Shown: in pieces, positions 7,489 to 15,771 of the stretch
Layout of the letters: each line of letters opens with the position of its first letter
How positions within the stretch are numbered: position 1 is the first letter of the stretch
DNA from: Rectinemataceae bacterium
GTDB lineage: Bacteria; Spirochaetota; Spirochaetia; Treponematales; Rectinemataceae
Assembly: GCA_036567645.1 (NCBI GenBank)
Contig: DATCUA010000306.1
Span: forward strand, 1 to 30,489
Direction of reading: 5' to 3'
Length of the DNA stretch: 30,489 nucleotides
Position numbers and translations under genes: made by a program
Notes under the pieces: model-generated
The model's input: the letters and a program-made list of their open reading frames with translations, nothing else
The model's database searches: none
Told to the model about the DNA's origin: nothing

Positions 7489-9630
7489 ATGGATAGAAAA
7501 CATGGAGCGATTCTGTTCTTCCTTTTCGCTGTCGTAGCGGGAACAGCCTGGGCAGAGGGATCAGACAGTTCCTTGACCGGGCAAATGACGCTCCTCGTGC
7601 TCCAACTGGCCATAGTCATCTTCATGGTGCGGGCGGGAGGAGCCCTGGCTGGGAAGCTCAAGCTCCCCTCCGTGGTTGGCGAGCTGCTTTCAGGGGTTCT
7701 CATAGGTCCCTACGCCCTCGGCGCGATCCCACTGCCAGGCTTTCCCCAGGGTCTCTTCCCTCTCTCAGAAGGCTTCGCCGTCAGCCCTGTCCTCTATGCG
7801 TTCTCCACCATAGCCTCTATCATCCTCCTTTTTTCTTCCGGCTTGGAAACGGACATAGACATGCTCCTCCACTACTCCGTGGCGGGCGGCGTCGTAGGTC
7901 TGGGAGGCGTGGCCGTCTCGTTCGGCTTCGGCTCCGGACTCGGAGCCCTCCTCACCGGGCAGTCGGTGTTCTCCCCGGCAGCCCTCTTCCTGGGCATCAT
8001 GAGCACTGCGACCTCGGTGGGTATCACTGCACGGATCCTCTCGGACCGGAAAAAGATGGACTCCCCAGAAGGCGTCACGATACTTGCCGCCGCCGTCTTC
8101 GACGACGTCCTCGGAATCGTATGCCTCGCCGTGGTCCTGGGCATCGTAGCCGTCATGACAGGCCAGAGCGCAGGAGGGCTTTCGGCATGGGGAATAGCCG
8201 GCATAGCCATGAAAGCCTTCGGCATCTGGCTAGGATTCACCGCCCTTGGGCTGGTCTTCGGCAAGAGACTCTCTGCCCTCCTCAAGAAACTCGGTGGGGA
8301 AGCATCCTATCCCGTCCTCGCTCTGGGGCTTGCCCTCCTCCTCGCGGGCGTATTCGAACTCCAGGGCTTGGCTATGATAATAGGAGCCTACATCATCGGC
8401 ATGAGCCTCTCGAAGACGGACATAGCCTTCGTCATCCAGGATAAGACCAAGCCTCTCTACGACTTCTTCGTGCCTATATTCTTCGCGGTGATGGGCATGC
8501 TCGTCGACGTCGGCAGGATACTCGAACCTCGAGTCCTCGCTTTCGGTCTCGTCTACACCCTCGGGGCCGTCCTGGCCAAGGCGCTCGGCTGCGGCCTGCC
8601 CTCGCTCTTCCTGGGCTTCAACCTGAGAGGAGCCGCGCGCATCGGCTTAGGCATGGTGCCGCGCGGCGAAGTGGCCCTGATCGTGGCGGGTATAGGGCTA
8701 GCCGGGGGCATTCTCGATCAGGGGGTTTTCGGCGTGGCCATACTTATGATCATGGCGACGAGCATCCTCGCCCCTCCCTTGCTGAACTCGGTTCTGGCAT
8801 CGGGGGGAGAAGGCACCAGGGAACCCGCCAAGGGCTCGCGGACCGAAAGCTTTTCCATCGAGTTCCCCAACCGCGAGATAGCTGACCTTGTCACCAGCAC
8901 CCTCCTGAGGGATCTGGAGAGGGAAGGCTTTTTCGTCCAGCTCATGAGCATTCGGGATTCCATCAGCCACATCCGCAAGGGAGACATTTCCATCTCCCTG
9001 AGCGTAGAGGGCCCGCGGCTCGAGGTAGAGACCGCCCCCGAGGACATACCATTCGCCAAGGCAAGCCTCCATGAGATTCTCGTAAAATTGGACGCGAGCT
9101 TCGACATGCTCAAGGAGCACTATGACGTGGGGGGATTGAGATCGGAAATCCATGCCGATTCCGGCAGGGCGGATGCCACCTACCGCGGACTTCTCGATCC
9201 TGCATGCGTAACCGCTGACCTCTCGGGCGCAACCAAGGAAGAAGTCATCGGCGAACTCGTACGGCTCCTCGTCGCGGCTGGCAAGGTGAAGGACGAAAAG
9301 CTTCTCCTATCCGACCTCCTGGCGCGCGAGGAGCGCATGAGTACGGGCATGGAGCATGGCATAGCCCTTCCGCATGCGCGCACCTATGGCGTGGACAAGC
9401 CGGCCCTCGCCCTGGGCGTGCATAAGGGAGGCCTCGATTTCGGCACGATAGACGGAACTCCGGGGAGGATAATCGCGCTCATAGCGAGCCCAGCCGAGGA
9501 CGAAGCCCCCCATATACAGGTTCTCGCCGGCCTGGGCGCCGTCCTCGGCAACGACGACGTGCGAAGGCGGCTCCTGGATGCGCGCGATTCGAGGGCTGTA
9601 TTCGAAATACTCCAGGGGAAGATAGCCTAG
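7489..9630 (+). CDS. CPA2-family cation:proton antiporter fused to a C-terminal PTS EIIA type-2 (PtsN/fructose-like) domain
   Basis: LPSVVGELLSGVLIGP, ATSVGITARIL, AAVFDDVLG and GMVPRGEVALI are CPA2/NapA-type motifs. C-terminal REERMSTGMEHGIALPHAR carries the EIIA phospho-His (codon 9373-9375). N-terminus looks like a signal peptide (AWA-E). Confidence 0.88.
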   Translation: MDRKHGAILFFLFAVVAGTAWAEGSDSSLTGQMTLLVLQLAIVIFMVRAGGALAGKLKLPSVVGELLSGVLIGPYALGAIPLPGFPQGLFPLSEGFAVSPVLYAFSTIASIILLFSSGLETDIDMLLHYSVAGGVVGLGGVAVSFGFGSGLGALLTGQSVFSPAALFLGIMSTATSVGITARILSDRKKMDSPEGVTILAAAVFDDVLGIVCLAVVLGIVAVMTGQSAGGLSAWGIAGIAMKAFGIWLGFTALGLVFGKRLSALLKKLGGEASYPVLALGLALLLAGVFELQGLAMIIGAYIIGMSLSKTDIAFVIQDKTKPLYDFFVPIFFAVMGMLVDVGRILEPRVLAFGLVYTLGAVLAKALGCGLPSLFLGFNLRGAARIGLGMVPRGEVALIVAGIGLAGGILDQGVFGVAILMIMATSILAPPLLNSVLASGGEGTREPAKGSRTESFSIEFPNREIADLVTSTLLRDLEREGFFVQLMSIRDSISHIRKGDISISLSVEGPRLEVETAPEDIPFAKASLHEILVKLDASFDMLKEHYDVGGLRSEIHADSGRADATYRGLLDPACVTADLSGATKEEVIGELVRLLVAAGKVKDEKLLLSDLLAREERMSTGMEHGIALPHARTYGVDKPALALGVHKGGLDFGTIDGTPGRIIALIASPAEDEAPHIQVLAGLGAVLGNDDVRRRLLDARDSRAVFEILQGKIA

Positions 9631-10490
9631 CCTGAAGTGGCGAGGTAGACTCCCGCGATAGCTACGACCCCTCCTGCCATCTGGAGGAGGCTGAGCCTCT
9701 CGCCGAGGATCAGGAAGGCTCCCACCACCGAGACGACAGGAATGAGGTTGATGAATACCGAGGACCGGCTCGGCCCCAGGCTATCCAGCACGACCACATA
9801 GAACCAGTACCCGAAGGCCGAGGCCAGGACGCCCAAGAAGACTACGTTGAGCCAAGCCTGGAGGCTGATGCCGCTCCATGCCTGGTTTTCGGCCAGGGCG
9901 AAGGGGATGCAGCCGATGGTCCCGAAGAATATCTGCCAGAACGTGACGCAGAGAAGGGAATATTTCCTGCCCAGTGGCTTGGTGAGAAAGGTGTAGACCA
10001 CCCAGGAGAGGGCCGCCCCGCCCATGGCGGCGTAGCCGAGCGCGCTGGATCGGGAGGATTCGGAGCGGATGACTATTCCGGCAACGCCGAGGAAGGAGAG
10101 GATGATTCCCAGCGCCACCTTCCTGCGCGCCCGAATCTTGTAGACCACAAGATCCGTTACAAGGGTGAGCACCGGTATCGTGCCCACGATGATCGAAGAT
10201 TCCGAGGCCGAGAGAAGCTTGATCCCATTGTTCTCGAAGAGGAAGTAGAGACTGATGCCAACGAAGCCGGCTCCGGCCAGCCGGGGCAGGTCCTGGAATT
10301 CCACTCGTATATCCGTCTTCGTGAAGAAGATTATAGGGAGAAGGGTGGCTACGGCTATGACGAACCGGGCCAGGGCCAGACTCATTGGACCCATTTCACC
10401 GACCACCACCTTTGTCGAGATGAACGTGAGCCCCCAGATGAGGGCAACTGCCACCCCGAGAAGAGGCACCGCTTTTTTCCCGCCGCGCAT
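9627..10490 (-). CDS. EamA/DMT family transporter
   Basis: LIWGLTFISTK, ALARFVIA and SSVFINLIPVVSVVGAFLILGE.L; about 10 TM in two repeats. Start at ATG 10490. Confidence 0.9.
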   Translation of the reverse strand: MRGGKKAVPLLGVAVALIWGLTFISTKVVVGEMGPMSLALARFVIAVATLLPIIFFTKTDIRVEFQDLPRLAGAGFVGISLYFLFENNGIKLLSASESSIIVGTIPVLTLVTDLVVYKIRARRKVALGIILSFLGVAGIVIRSESSRSSALGYAAMGGAALSWVVYTFLTKPLGRKYSLLCVTFWQIFFGTIGCIPFALAENQAWSGISLQAWLNVVFLGVLASAFGYWFYVVVLDSLGPSRSSVFINLIPVVSVVGAFLILGERLSLLQMAGGVVAIAGVYLATSG

Positions 10491-10495
10491 GGCCC

Positions 10496-10524
10496 ACTCT
10501 ATCCGGGCCGGACGGCCCTGTCCA
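10496..10524 (-). promoter_or_regulatory. Putative sigma70 promoter (leaderless layout) of the EamA gene
   Basis: Minus strand TGGACA, 17-nt spacer, TAGAGT, 5 nt, then ATG 10490. Confidence 0.6.
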
Positions 10525-10594
10525 GGCGGCAGGCGGCGCGACGGCCGGCCGCAGAGCATCCGCACTCCACAGAGTAGAGCCTGCCAGAGCTCCG

Positions 10595-10603
10595 TGGTAT
10601 ACT
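10595..10603 (+). promoter_or_regulatory. Putative extended -10 promoter (leaderless layout) of hutH
   Basis: TGgTATACT, 6 nt, then ATG 10610; no SD. Confidence 0.6.
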
Positions 10604-10609
10604 CGACTC

Positions 10610-12142
10610 ATGGCTGAAGTCATCCTGGACGGTTGTTCCTGCACCATCGACGATATAGTGGCCATCGCCCGCGACAAGGCCCCAGCCCGCCTGGACGAAG
10701 ACGCGGAAACCCGCATGCTCGACTCCCGCGCCATCGTGGAGCGATGCGTGGAGGAGGGTCTGGTCCGCTACGGGATAACAACGGGCTTCGGCAAGTTTTG
10801 CAATGTTGTCATCTCGGCCCGAGAGAATGCGACCCTCCAGCGCAATCTCGTCATGAGCCACGCCTGCGGTCAAGGGGATCCTTTCCCCGCCGAAGTGGTG
10901 CGGGCCATGATGGCGCTACGGGTCAACGCTCTCGCCGTGGGCAATTCGGGCATACGACCCAAGGCTGCCAGGCTCCTCGTCGACATGCTCAACGCCGACT
11001 GCGTGCCCATTGTGCCGGAAAAAGGCTCACTCGGAGCCTCGGGGGACCTCGCTCCCCTCGCACACATGGCCCTCGTGCTCATAGGCCTGGGAGAAGCCGA
11101 GATCGGTGGGAAGCGGCTTCCCGGGGCCGAAGCCCTAGCTGTGGCAGGCCTGCGGCCCTTGGTTCTCGAGGCGAAGGAGGGCCTGGCCCTCATCAACGGA
11201 ACCCAGGCCATGGCCGCCCTCGGGGCCCTCGCCTCGCGCGACGCGGAAATCCTCTACAAGACCGCCTGCATTGCTTCTGCCTTGAGCATCCAAGCCCTCA
11301 AGGGCATATGGGACGCCTTCGACCCCCGCATACACGAGCTCCGCCGCCAGGTGGGCCAAGTCCGATGCGCAGCCGACATGCGCCGCCTTCTCGAAGGATC
11401 ACGCCTTCTCAGCCGCCAGGGCGAGCTCCGGGTGCAGGACCCGTATGCGCTACGCTGTATACCGCAAGTGCATGGGGCAAGCCTCGACGCCATCGAGTAC
11501 GCCTCCACCATCGTAGGGCGGGAAATCAACGCCGTCACTGACAACCCACTCATCTTCCCCCAGGGAGAAGACATACTCTCGGGAGGCAACTTCCACGGCC
11601 AGCCCATTGCCCTCGCCATGGACTTCCTCGGCATAGCCTGCGCAGAGCTGGCGAACATTTCCGAAAGAAGAATAGAGCGCCTGGTGAACCCCGCACTCTC
11701 CGAGGGTCTGCCCCCCTTCCTCACCCTTTCCGGCGGACTCAACTCGGGTTTCATGATCGTGCAGTACAGCGCCGCTTCCCTCGTCTCCGAGAATAAAGTC
11801 CTCGCCCATCCGGCGAGCGTCGACTCCATACCTTCCAGCGCCAACCAGGAAGACCATGTATCCATGGGGACGACAGCCGCCCGCAAAGCCCGCACTATCC
11901 TGGACAACGCCCTCCGGGTAGTGTCCATGGAACTTGCAGCCGCCTGCCAAGCCCTCGACCTCAGGGCTATCCAGATGGGCCTTCAGGAGGTCGAGAGCCT
12001 CCTCTCGCCCAGGACAGCGGCAGCCTACTCCCTCGTGCGGTCGGCCGTGGATCGTCTGGACGGGGACAGGGTTCTCTACCCCGACCTGGATGCCGTGCAC
12101 CGCCTCGTCGCCCACGGGCTCGTCGCCGACTGCTTCGACTGA
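10610..12142 (+). CDS. hutH: Histidine ammonia-lyase
   Basis: YGITTGFGKF, GSLGASGDLAPLAH (Ala-Ser-Gly MIO triad at 11036-11044), KEGLALINGT, QDPYALRC.PQVHG, SGGNFHGQP, ANQEDHVSMG. Confidence 0.95.
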   Translation: MAEVILDGCSCTIDDIVAIARDKAPARLDEDAETRMLDSRAIVERCVEEGLVRYGITTGFGKFCNVVISARENATLQRNLVMSHACGQGDPFPAEVVRAMMALRVNALAVGNSGIRPKAARLLVDMLNADCVPIVPEKGSLGASGDLAPLAHMALVLIGLGEAEIGGKRLPGAEALAVAGLRPLVLEAKEGLALINGTQAMAALGALASRDAEILYKTACIASALSIQALKGIWDAFDPRIHELRRQVGQVRCAADMRRLLEGSRLLSRQGELRVQDPYALRCIPQVHGASLDAIEYASTIVGREINAVTDNPLIFPQGEDILSGGNFHGQPIALAMDFLGIACAELANISERRIERLVNPALSEGLPPFLTLSGGLNSGFMIVQYSAASLVSENKVLAHPASVDSIPSSANQEDHVSMGTTAARKARTILDNALRVVSMELAAACQALDLRAIQMGLQEVESLLSPRTAAAYSLVRSAVDRLDGDRVLYPDLDAVHRLVAHGLVADCFD

Positions 12143-12242
12143 AAGAAACCCCCGCCACTCCTCCGCCCCAGGCGATGGCCCGCGTCTCGGCCGGCTCCGC
12201 CTGAGGCCCGTGAGGGTGATCGCCCTACCTCGTTCTTCCCCA

Positions 12243-12271
12243 TAGCCATCCCGGGCGAGTTGGGATATTCT
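12243..12271 (+). promoter_or_regulatory. Putative promoter of the PEPCK-hutI unit
   Basis: TAGCCA, 17-nt spacer, TATTCT; SD GGAGG at 12285-12289. Confidence 0.45.
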
Positions 12272-12294
12272 TTTACCCCATCCCGGAGGTACCT

Positions 12295-15200
12295 ATGGCG
12301 GTAAAGCGCGATCTCGGGCTCAAGCTCGACAGACTCTCGCCCAAAGAACGGGCGCGGCTCATAGCCTATATCAATATAAAGCTAGCGAGCATGGGCCTTG
12401 CCGTATACTCCAAAGAAGGAACCGGCTTCGTGGAACTGGCCTCGGACATGCTCGAGAGCTTCAGGCAAAAGGACAAGCTCCTCTCCGGCTACCTTCCGCC
12501 CGCCGACAGGCGCATCCAGGACTTCCTGGACTCCTACCTCGGCGACCTGGGACTCGCCAAGACTCCGAGTCTTCCATCCTCCACCCTGGTGCTCGATCGG
12601 TTCGGGATGGCGCGGGAGATATCTCTTCCGCCCGACGGGCACAAGCATGTCTCGCCCACTCTCTCGTCATATAGGGTTCGCAATGGGGTCCTCCACAACC
12701 CCAGCAACGATAAGCGCACCACGGAAGGGGTATTCCACATAGCCGAAGGCGGCTTGCCCATCCCCCCCGACAAGAAAGCCGTACCCAAGCTCGTTTTCGC
12801 CCGCCTCCTCCAAGCCGCATTCTCGCCCCCTCCCGAAATGCTGGAACTGCCGTTCACGGCCAACGAGTCCCGCAAGGCTCAGGCCATGCTCTCCGCCCTC
12901 CTCCGCCCGGTTGTCAGGCCTGAGGTTCCAGGCTACTGCGACGAGCGATCCATGGAACTGCGCTTCTTCGCCCCAGGCTCGCTCGCCGCGAGCCTCGACT
13001 TCGTCGAGAGCATATTCGGCAATTCTGGCGATCCATTCATCCCCGAAAACGACGCCGGACTCGATCCCCTGCATTGGACGGGCACGACGGGCTGCATTGT
13101 CCTCGCGCCTCACCTGACCGGCATGACCAAGAAAGAGCTCGGCCTTCCCCATTTCGACGAAGCCACGGATCGGCAACGCAGGGACGGGATGTGCTGGAAG
13201 GAGCCCACAGAGAAGTACAACGAGGGAAAGCCCTTCAAGATCTGCGCCCGCGACGAGCGCGGCGTCATGGTCTCCGTCATAGCCGACAACTACTTCGGCT
13301 ATTCCAAGAAGGAGATCAAGGCCCACATCTCCTACTCGGCCAACCTCCTCGGCCTCGCAGAGGAAGAGCATGCTGGGGGGGCCCTCGTCTTCCCATCGTA
13401 CAATCACGGCACCCGCTTCGTTCCCGATACCAACCTGAACTCCAGGGGACACAATATCGAGGAAGTGTTCGAGCTCATGAAGGGGCGCATAGAGATACGA
13501 CCCGAGGGCTACGCGGTCGACCTCACCTATCCATCCATAGTCTACCTGCCGGAGAACGCCGTCATATCCCTCCAGGACCAGACAGCCCAGTGGGTTTGGG
13601 AAGGAAGGGAGCAGAGCCTCAGAATCCTGCCAGGAGAAACGTATGTCCTGCCCACAGGCTACCGCGTCCACATGGAGCGGCACCCCGGATCCGGAGCCTG
13701 GAGGCTCATAGGCACGGCAGCGGACGGCCTTCTGTGCCACAAGCCCTGCACAGTATCGGGAGGGGGAAAATCCGAAATAGCCAAATCCATATCCGACGCT
13801 ATCACCTATTCCCCCATTACCATCGCCGACCTCGCCCAGGATATGGAGGCCGTCCGCTCCATCATAGAAAAGGACTACGGAAGCCGCTTCAAAGATCAGG
13901 ACGAGAACCATGGCAAGGACGCCCGCCCCCTCCTCTCGCCCAAGCGCTCCCTCGGCTCAGTCATCAAGCTCCTATCCCCCTCCCCGCTCTATACGGACGA
14001 GTACAACGCCTGGCTCAAATCCCTGCCCGAGCGCATCAAGAGTCTGGTATTCCTCGTCAAGCGCTTCTACACGGCGTCATGGGGAGACGACTGGGCGAGC
14101 CATTTCTCGGTAGACATAGTCAACGGCACTACCGGCAATATCCTCAAGTTCGAGGACAGGCCCGTCCTGGGCTCGTACCTGCGTGTGGGAAGGGATCCTT
14201 CGGGCCTGCGAAGGACGTTCAAACTCCGCCAGGACTTCATGCCAGCGAGCAAGCTCCAGTGGGAAGACGACATCACAGCCTCCGTCATCGTCCCCGCGAA
14301 AAATCTCAAGAACCTGCCTGACTGGGTCGATCCCGCCACCAGCCTGAAGTTCTGCAAGAACGCGGAAGCCCGCTTCTTCCAGCGACCCGACGACGCCGTG
14401 CAACGCGGCTACGACAAACAGGCCGAAAAGGACCTGTCCAGGCAGGACAACTTCATATCCAACTTCGAGCCTCTTTCCCGGGGCCAGGCATCCAAACTCA
14501 TCGAAAAGACCGTGCAGTTCTCCGAATACACCGAAGCTATGCGATCTTTCATCGAGGCTGCCGAAGCCGACCCCCAGTTCGAGTACTTCGTGGCCTCGGA
14601 CAAGCCGAGGCTCGTTGGTGGAGCTCCGTCCAAGAATCCGCGATACCTCCAGCTCGATCCCAGCTACGCCGATCCCCGGTCGCGCTACCTGGCCGATCTC
14701 GGCCCCCGACTCTTCCGGAGAGTGCGTGCGGATGAGCCTCTCCTCCATCCGGTGGGGGCAGTGCTGCCCGGAAGGCGCAACAACCCCGCCGACCCGAAAG
14801 GTGGGATCAGACCCCTGGCGGTCTACGGCCCCATCCACTTCCAGGATTTGCCCGAGCTCTTCATGGACTTCGTCTGCTCCCTTACGGGAAAGAGCCCGTC
14901 GACTACGGGAGCAGGGAGCGAAGGAGCCCTCACCAAGGGTCCTTTCAACGCCCTCGTGCCCACCACAGACCTCAACAACGCCCTTCTCTCCTTCATTCTC
15001 ACAGGCTATGCGGGATTCACGACCGCAGCCGGCTACATCGGCAGCCGATACAGAGTGGATCACGACATCTCCCTCATGGTACCCGAGCTATGGTCGCGCC
15101 TGTCCCCCGAAGAAAGAGACCCTGAATTCCTCAAGAGCCATGGATACCTGGAGCGAGTGGAGGATTTTACCTACGAAGGTAGGCTCGTACCTGCTTCCCG

Positions 15201-15771
15201 CCTGGGATGGAGGATAACGCCCCTATTCGCCGCCACCTACCTGGGTAGGCTTTTCGACACGCCCTCTTCGGTTTTCCCCGAAGACATGCTCAGGCCCGAA
15301 CTCCAGTCCCTGCCCGAGTATGTGGACGGCATAGAGAATATCGCGGCGGCCATGAAGAAATCTGCGGAAGCCTATTTCGAGGACGGGTCGATAGATGCTG
15401 CCATCCCCCCCCTCAAGGCCATACTTTCGATCATGGCCAAGGGAGACTATGAAGGCAAATCCGTCCACGATCCAGATCTGCGAGCCCTTTTCGACAAGGA
15501 GAAGGTGCTCGCGTCGCCGTGGTACATGGAGAGGCTCGAAGCCTATCGAGGCAGGGAAATAGCCTACATGGACGCCTCGGTATCCTACCTGCGCCGCTTC
15601 CTCGCCCAGAGATCGGACCCGGACAGCCTTCAGGCCCGCAAGGCACAGGCCGAGCTTTCCAAGGTCAGGGACAGGCTCGCCGCACTCGCCGAGCCGGAGT
15701 ACAGGGACATGGTGATGGGCTCGATCGGCAAGGACATGCTCTTCCGAAAACCCCAGGTGCGCGGGGCATGA
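12295..15771 (+). CDS. Pyrophosphate-dependent phosphoenolpyruvate carboxykinase (PPi-PEPCK type)
   Basis: 1158 aa; HNPSNDKRTTEGVFHIAEGGLP, ADNYFGYSKKE, AEEEHAGGA, CHKPCTVSGGGKSE and GKSPSTTGAGSEGALTKGPFN. Size and motifs match the roughly 1150-aa PPi-PEPCK family known from Entamoeba and Propionibacterium. Recognised from memory, not by search. Confidence 0.85.
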   Translation: MAVKRDLGLKLDRLSPKERARLIAYINIKLASMGLAVYSKEGTGFVELASDMLESFRQKDKLLSGYLPPADRRIQDFLDSYLGDLGLAKTPSLPSSTLVLDRFGMAREISLPPDGHKHVSPTLSSYRVRNGVLHNPSNDKRTTEGVFHIAEGGLPIPPDKKAVPKLVFARLLQAAFSPPPEMLELPFTANESRKAQAMLSALLRPVVRPEVPGYCDERSMELRFFAPGSLAASLDFVESIFGNSGDPFIPENDAGLDPLHWTGTTGCIVLAPHLTGMTKKELGLPHFDEATDRQRRDGMCWKEPTEKYNEGKPFKICARDERGVMVSVIADNYFGYSKKEIKAHISYSANLLGLAEEEHAGGALVFPSYNHGTRFVPDTNLNSRGHNIEEVFELMKGRIEIRPEGYAVDLTYPSIVYLPENAVISLQDQTAQWVWEGREQSLRILPGETYVLPTGYRVHMERHPGSGAWRLIGTAADGLLCHKPCTVSGGGKSEIAKSISDAITYSPITIADLAQDMEAVRSIIEKDYGSRFKDQDENHGKDARPLLSPKRSLGSVIKLLSPSPLYTDEYNAWLKSLPERIKSLVFLVKRFYTASWGDDWASHFSVDIVNGTTGNILKFEDRPVLGSYLRVGRDPSGLRRTFKLRQDFMPASKLQWEDDITASVIVPAKNLKNLPDWVDPATSLKFCKNAEARFFQRPDDAVQRGYDKQAEKDLSRQDNFISNFEPLSRGQASKLIEKTVQFSEYTEAMRSFIEAAEADPQFEYFVASDKPRLVGGAPSKNPRYLQLDPSYADPRSRYLADLGPRLFRRVRADEPLLHPVGAVLPGRRNNPADPKGGIRPLAVYGPIHFQDLPELFMDFVCSLTGKSPSTTGAGSEGALTKGPFNALVPTTDLNNALLSFILTGYAGFTTAAGYIGSRYRVDHDISLMVPELWSRLSPEERDPEFLKSHGYLERVEDFTYEGRLVPASRLGWRITPLFAATYLGRLFDTPSSVFPEDMLRPELQSLPEYVDGIENIAAAMKKSAEAYFEDGSIDAAIPPLKAILSIMAKGDYEGKSVHDPDLRALFDKEKVLASPWYMERLEAYRGREIAYMDASVSYLRRFLAQRSDPDSLQARKAQAELSKVRDRLAALAEPEYRDMVMGSIGKDMLFRKPQVRGA

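Noticed and set aside
10633-11541. 302-aa same-strand alternative-frame ORF in hutH
   Set aside because: Arg/Pro/Gly-rich off-frame translation with no SD or motif.
12667-15063. Long antisense and alternative-frame ORFs over PEPCK (414, 415 and 328 aa)
   Set aside because: Fully overlap a well-supported CDS; composition is typical of GC-rich shadow frames.
15519-15767. N-terminal extensions in the ORF track (hutI from 15519, MFS from 2114, rluA-type from 7489, EamA from 10565, yggT from 5395, livH from 19537, livG from 21411)
   Set aside because: They overlap neighbouring genes, promoters or hairpins; downstream ATGs fit SD, coupling or promoter evidence and family length better.
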